This document shows positions 54,276-64,000 of a stretch of DNA of 64,000 nt, piece by piece. Under the pieces are notes generated by a model. It had not been told where the DNA came from, searched no databases, and saw only the letters and a program-made list of their open reading frames with translations. Source of the stretch: Eledone cirrhosa (taxonomy: Eukaryota). Made by a program: the position numbers and the translations under genes. Location of the stretch: contig OZ024740.1 of assembly GCA_964016885.1 (NCBI GenBank), positions 323,144,001 through 323,208,000 on the forward strand, in the 5' to 3' direction. Positions within the stretch are counted from its first letter, which is position 1; the number at the start of each line of letters is the position of its first letter.

Positions 54276-54777
54276 TTCTCTTTCTCTATCTATCTTTCTA
54301 TCTATCTATCTGTCTGTCTGTCTGTCTACTTATCTCTCTCTCTTTTTCTCTCTCTCTCTGTATATATATATATATATGTATCTCCCTCCCTCTCTCTATA
54401 TATATGTATATCCCCCTCGTTCTCTCTCTCTATATATCCTCCCTCTCTATACAATTCCTCCCTCTATATATATAAATCTCCCTCTCCCTCTCTCTATATA
54501 TGCCCCTCTCCCTCTCTCTATATATATAAATCTCCCTCTCCCTCTCTCTATATATGCCCCTCTCCCTCTCTCTATATATCTCCCTCTCCCTCACTCTATA
54601 TATCCCCCTCCCTATCTCTCTATCTCTCCGTCCATCTACCCGGTCGTCTATTTATTCCATTCCACCAAACACCACTAAACAACATTTCATTTCATATTCC
54701 AATAAACATTATTCGAGAAGTAGTTAGGCTTGCAAGCCTTCATAACTCACGTTTACTCCGAAACAATATGAAGCCAC

Positions 54778-55116
54778 CACGCACACACACTCACACACAA
54801 ACACATACACACACATACGCACACACACAGACAAAGACAAATAAACACACACAGGCACAAACATACATACACACACACTCACACACACACAAACACATAC
54901 ACACACATACGCACACACACACACACAAATAAACACACACAGGCACAAACATACACACACACACTCACACACACAAACACAAACACACACATACGCACAC
55001 ACACAGACAAATACACACACACAAGCACAAACATACACACACACACTCACACACAAACACAAACACACACATACGCACACACACAGTCAAAGACAAATAA
55101 ACACACACAGGCACAA

Positions 55117-55171
<55 letters not shown>

Positions 55172-57368
55172 TACACACACATACGCACACACACAGGCAC
55201 AAACATACACACACACACTCACACACAAACACATACACACACACGCACACACACACAGACAAATAAACACACACAGGCACAAACATACACACACACACAA
55301 ACACATACACACACATACGCACACACACAGACAAATAAACACACACATGCACAAACATACACACACACACAAACACACACAGACAAATAAACACACACAG
55401 GCACAAACATACACACACACACACACAAACATATACACACACATACGCACGCACACAGACAAATAAACACACACAGGCACAAACATACACACACTCACAC
55501 TCACACACAAACACAAACACACACATACGCACACATACATACGCACACACACAGACAAATGCACACACACAGGCACAAACATACTCACACACACACACAC
55601 ACAAACACAAACACACACATACGCACACACACAGACAAATAAACACACACAGGCACAAACATACACACACACACAAACACACACATACGCACACACAGAC
55701 AAATAAACACACACAGGCACAAACATACACACACACACTCACACACAAACACAAACACACACATACGCACACACACAGACAAATACACACACACAGGCAC
55801 AAACATACACACACACACACACACACAAACACATACACATACGCAGACACACAGACAAATAAACACACACAGGCACAAACATACACACACACACACACAC
55901 ACAAACACATACACACATACGCACACACACAGACAAATAAACACAGACAGGCACAAACATACATACATACACACACACACAAACACATACACACACATAT
56001 GCACACACACAGACAAATAAAGACACACAGGCACAAACATACACACACACACACACTCACAAACACATACACACACATACGCACACACACAGACAAATAA
56101 ACACACACAGGCACAAACATACACACACACACACACTCACAAACACATACACACACATACGCACACACACAGACACATACAAATAAACACACACAGGCAC
56201 AAACATACACACACACACACACACAAACACATACACACACATACGCACACACACAGACAAATACACACACACAAGCACAAACATATATACACACACACAC
56301 ACAAACACATACACACACATACGCACACACACAGACAAATACACACACACAGGCACAAACATACACACACACACTCACATACAAACACAAACACACACAT
56401 ACGCACACACACAGACAAATAAACACACACAGGCACAGACATACACACACACACTCACACACAAACACACACATACGCACACACACAGACAAATAAACAC
56501 ACACAGGCACAAACATACACACACACACAAACACACACATACGCACACACAGACAAATAAACACACACAGGCACAAACATACACACACACACTCACACAC
56601 AAACACAAACACACACATACGCACACACACAGACAAATACACACACACAGGCACAAACATACACACACACACGCACACACAAACACATACACATACGCAG
56701 ACACACAGACAAATAAACACACACAGGCACAAACATACACACACACACACACACACACAAACACATACACACATACGCACACACACAGACAAATAAACAC
56801 AGACAGGCACAAACATACATACATACACACACACACAAACACATACACACACATATGCACACACACAGACAAATAAAGACACACAGGCACAAACATACAC
56901 ACACACACACACTCACAAACACATACACACACATACGCACACACACAGACAAATAAACACACACAGGCACAAACATACACACACACACACACTCACAAAC
57001 ACATACACACACATACGCACACACACAGACACATACAAATAAACACACACAGGCACAAACATACACACACACACACACACAAACACATACACACACATAC
57101 GCACACACACAGACAAATACACACACACAAGCACAAACATATATACACACACACACACAAACACATACACACACATACGCACACACACAGACAAATACAC
57201 ACACACAGGCACAAACATACACACACACACTCACATACAAACACAAACACACACATACGCACACACACAGACAAATAAACACACACAGGCACAGACATAC
57301 ACACACACACTCACACACAAACACACACATACGCACACACACAGACAAATAAACACACACAGGCACAA

Positions 57369-57405
<37 letters not shown>

Positions 57406-57490
57406 TACACACACATACGCACACACACAGACAAATAAACACACACAGGCACAAACATACACACGCACACACACACAAACAAACACAAGC
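54778..57490. repeat. (CA)-derived ~75-85-bp minisatellite with an 856-bp higher-order duplication
   Basis: Unit ACATACGCACACACACAGACAAATAAACACACACAGGCACAAACATAC(AC)n; identical ORF translations at 56057/56913 and 56137/56993. Confidence 0.9.
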
Positions 57491-57973
57491 ACGCACAGAG
57501 GCAGAGATACACATTCGCACAACACAAAAGCAAACATACACACACACATACATGCAGAGAGGTAGGGACACACATTCGCACAATTAAAGAAATAAACATA
57601 TACACACACACACATACACACATACATCCACAGACACACACACAAACACACACAATCAAAGATACACAGCCACGTACACCTAACCGTATACGTGTATACA
57701 AAACTTGTAAAATATAATCACATACACATTTACACACACACAAACATGTACACGCAGAAACATACACACAGGCACACACAGACACACACACACAAACACA
57801 CACCCATTTAAACAACCGTACACGTGTATACAAACATACAAAATATAATCACATACACACACATAACGCACATACTCGCACACATAGACACACTTAAACA
57901 AACACATTGTCATACTACATATACACTTGTATAGAAATCCCAGCAATATATGAAAAATATAATCACACACACA

Positions 57974-58033
<60 letters not shown>

Positions 58034-58145
58034 AACACACAAACAAACAAAAACACACACACGCCATGACACACTCACACACACATACGCACTCGCTCAT
58101 TTAAAAAGACAAGCACACATACACACATACAAACACCATCAACAT

Positions 58146-58219
58146 GTCCCTCTCATATGTCTCTCTCTCTCTCTCTCTCTCACTCTCTCTTTCTCTCTCG
58201 CTCTCTCTCTCTCACTCAC

Positions 58220-58260
<41 letters not shown>

Positions 58261-58580
58261 CTCTCACTCTCTTTCTATCTCTCACTCTCTCTCTCTCTCA
58301 CTCTCTCTCTCTCTCACTCACTCACTCACTCACTCACTCTCCCTCTCTCTCTCCCTCTCTCTATCTCTCTGATTCTCTCTCTCTCTCACTCACTCAATTA
58401 CTCTCACTCTCTCTCTCTCACTCACTCAATCACTCTCCCTCTCTCTCTCGCTCTCTCTCTCTCTCACACTCTCTCTCTCTCACTCTCTCTCTCTCTCTCA
58501 CTCACTCTCTCTCTCTCACACAATCTCTCTCTAGCTCTCTCTATCTCTCACTCTCTCACTCTCTCACTCTCTCTCTATCT

Positions 58581-58621
<41 letters not shown>

Positions 58622-58656
58622 TCTCTCTCTCCCTCACTCACACAATCACTCTCTCA
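58146..58656. repeat. Degenerate (CT)n/(CTCA)n tract
   Basis: Directly visible. Confidence 0.9.
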
Positions 58657-58832
58657 GACACACATATACACACATACAGTTGTACACATTTTCATAATCT
58701 TAATCAAAACACAGATTTAACACATACACAGTTATTATACAACACACACACACACACATCTGATAGAATCTCAATTTACATATAAAACAGATACATGCAC
58801 ACATACGCACAAACACATACTTGCAAATACAT

Positions 58833-58866
<34 letters not shown>

Positions 58867-59042
58867 GTGCACATACATACGTGCACACGCATTTGCGCAC
58901 GCAAAAAATAAACGTGCATGCACATAGATTCACATAGACACACAAAACGAAACACATTTTAATATACAACCATATATATATATATACATACATATATATA
59001 TATACACATACATATATATATATATGATTGTGTGTGTGTGTG

Positions 59043-59085
<43 letters not shown>

Positions 59086-59108
59086 GTGTGTGTGTGTGTG
59101 TGAGTATG

Positions 59109-59157
<49 letters not shown>

Positions 59158-59236
59158 ATATATATATATACGTTTACACACAAATACAGATATGAGGAAC
59201 ATATTCAAAATACAATCTCACACACACACAGACACA

Positions 59237-59316
<80 letters not shown>

Positions 59317-59581
59317 TACACGCAGACACACTCATATCCTTATTAAAAATGACGACCATACATATAGTTGCATGGCTGTACACATGGATGTGGACACCCA
59401 CACATTCATACTTTAATATACACATACACATACAGACATTATACACATACACATACAGACATTATACACATACACATACAGACATAACCCCCAACTAAAT
59501 TGAGAGCAGATAGTCACACAATTGTACATTTATATGGTAATTGTATATATATACAAACATTCATGTACAATTATATTGACA

Positions 59582-59646
<65 letters not shown>

Positions 59647-59703
59647 GTACATATATATATATTTATATATATATATTATTATGTTGAAATGCATATATAT
59701 AAA

Positions 59704-59895
<192 letters not shown>

Positions 59896-60057
59896 TGTTG
59901 AAATGCATATATATAAATGCATATATATATATATATATATTTGCACAGACAAACACTCATACACACACAGACACACACGCATAAGTATGTATATATATAT
60001 ATATGTGTGTGTGTATGTGTGTGTGTTTATGTATTTATATGTGCATGTATATATATC

Positions 60058-60159
<102 letters not shown>

Positions 60160-60213
60160 TTTATATATATGCATTTCAATATAATCATATATATATATAA
60201 ATATATATATATT

Positions 60214-60251
<38 letters not shown>

Positions 60252-60771
60252 CATATATATGTATACATATATACGTACATGTATGAATATGTGCGTGTAT
60301 GTTTATGTGTGTGTGTATGTATGCATGTATGTGTATTTGTATGTGTAGAGTGAGGAAGAGAGAGGGGGGGGACTGCTGTTCTATCATAGGTCTAATTACG
60401 TAATACAGGCACATAATTATTTAATACCAGCACATAATTATAGACATGTACATCATCTGATACCGTGGTCATAAATATCCATGAATGAAGGAGGGAGGAA
60501 GATGAGGGGAAGTATGTGGTGATGGTGGTTGTACAGAGTGAGAGACAGAAAAAAAGAGAGAGAAAGAGAGAGAATTGAGTTAGAGAGTGGTATAAATTCA
60601 GGTGAGGAGGGGTAAAACGGTGGAAGGATGTGTTATGAAAGAGAAAGAGTGAGAGATAAAGAGAGAATTGTACGGAAGTGAAACAGATGTGGGAAGATGG
60701 CAAAGACGAGAAATATTTGGCGGTGAGGCTAATACACACACAAACAAACTCGCATATACATATACACACGT

Positions 60772-60904
<133 letters not shown>

Positions 60905-60979
60905 AGTTTATCCCGCGTTCAATCGGGGGTAACCACAGTAAGTAAGGTACTCCATACATAGCAGAGAATAAATCATCAG

Positions 60980-61030
60980 GGCTTCCTGAAGATTTCACCC
61001 GAATGAAACAGTTCTAGTCCTGTAGAAGCC
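60980..61030 (+). ncRNA. Intact type I hammerhead ribozyme (family B)
   Basis: GGCTTC CTGAAGA TTTC-ACCC-GAAT GAAA CAG TTCTAGTC CTG TA GAAGCC: 6-bp stem I, 4-bp stem III, GUA triplet, predicted cut after 61024; lies in a ~150-bp island (60904-61055) between (TA)n tracts. Confidence 0.85.
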
Positions 61031-61050
61031 ATTTCTATATTCAATATATA

Positions 61051-64000
<2,950 letters not shown>

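Overview
Eukaryotic, microsatellite-saturated non-coding DNA. The SINE families and repeat style suggest an octopus or other cephalopod genome (inference). No host protein-coding gene can be supported, and almost all ORFs in the track are translations of microsatellites. Real coding content is transposon-derived. (i) 13.8-27.6 kb is a head-to-tail stack of (AAT)n-associated non-LTR retrotransposons: a full-length decayed Tx1/L1-type element plus two truncated copies on the minus strand, three R4/Dong-type RT-RLE elements on the plus strand, and SINEs. (ii) A third RLE family lies in a (CATA)n tract at 29.9 kb. (iii) Helitrons: two non-autonomous copies at 40.9-45.1 kb, one with a spliced STPR-like mini-gene, and a decayed Rep-encoding copy running off the right end. 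The most interesting layer is invisible to the ORF track: small elements embedded in (TA)n tracts that carry type I hammerhead ribozymes (four sequence families, nine motifs plus one half copy, some with compensatory base changes, one in a 314-bp partial-tandem retrozyme or Penelope-LTR-like unit), and others that form copy-specific fold-back palindromes, one headed by a complete tRNA-like cloverleaf. A 200-N assembly gap lies at 31758-31957. All structures were read by eye; no search or folding program was run.
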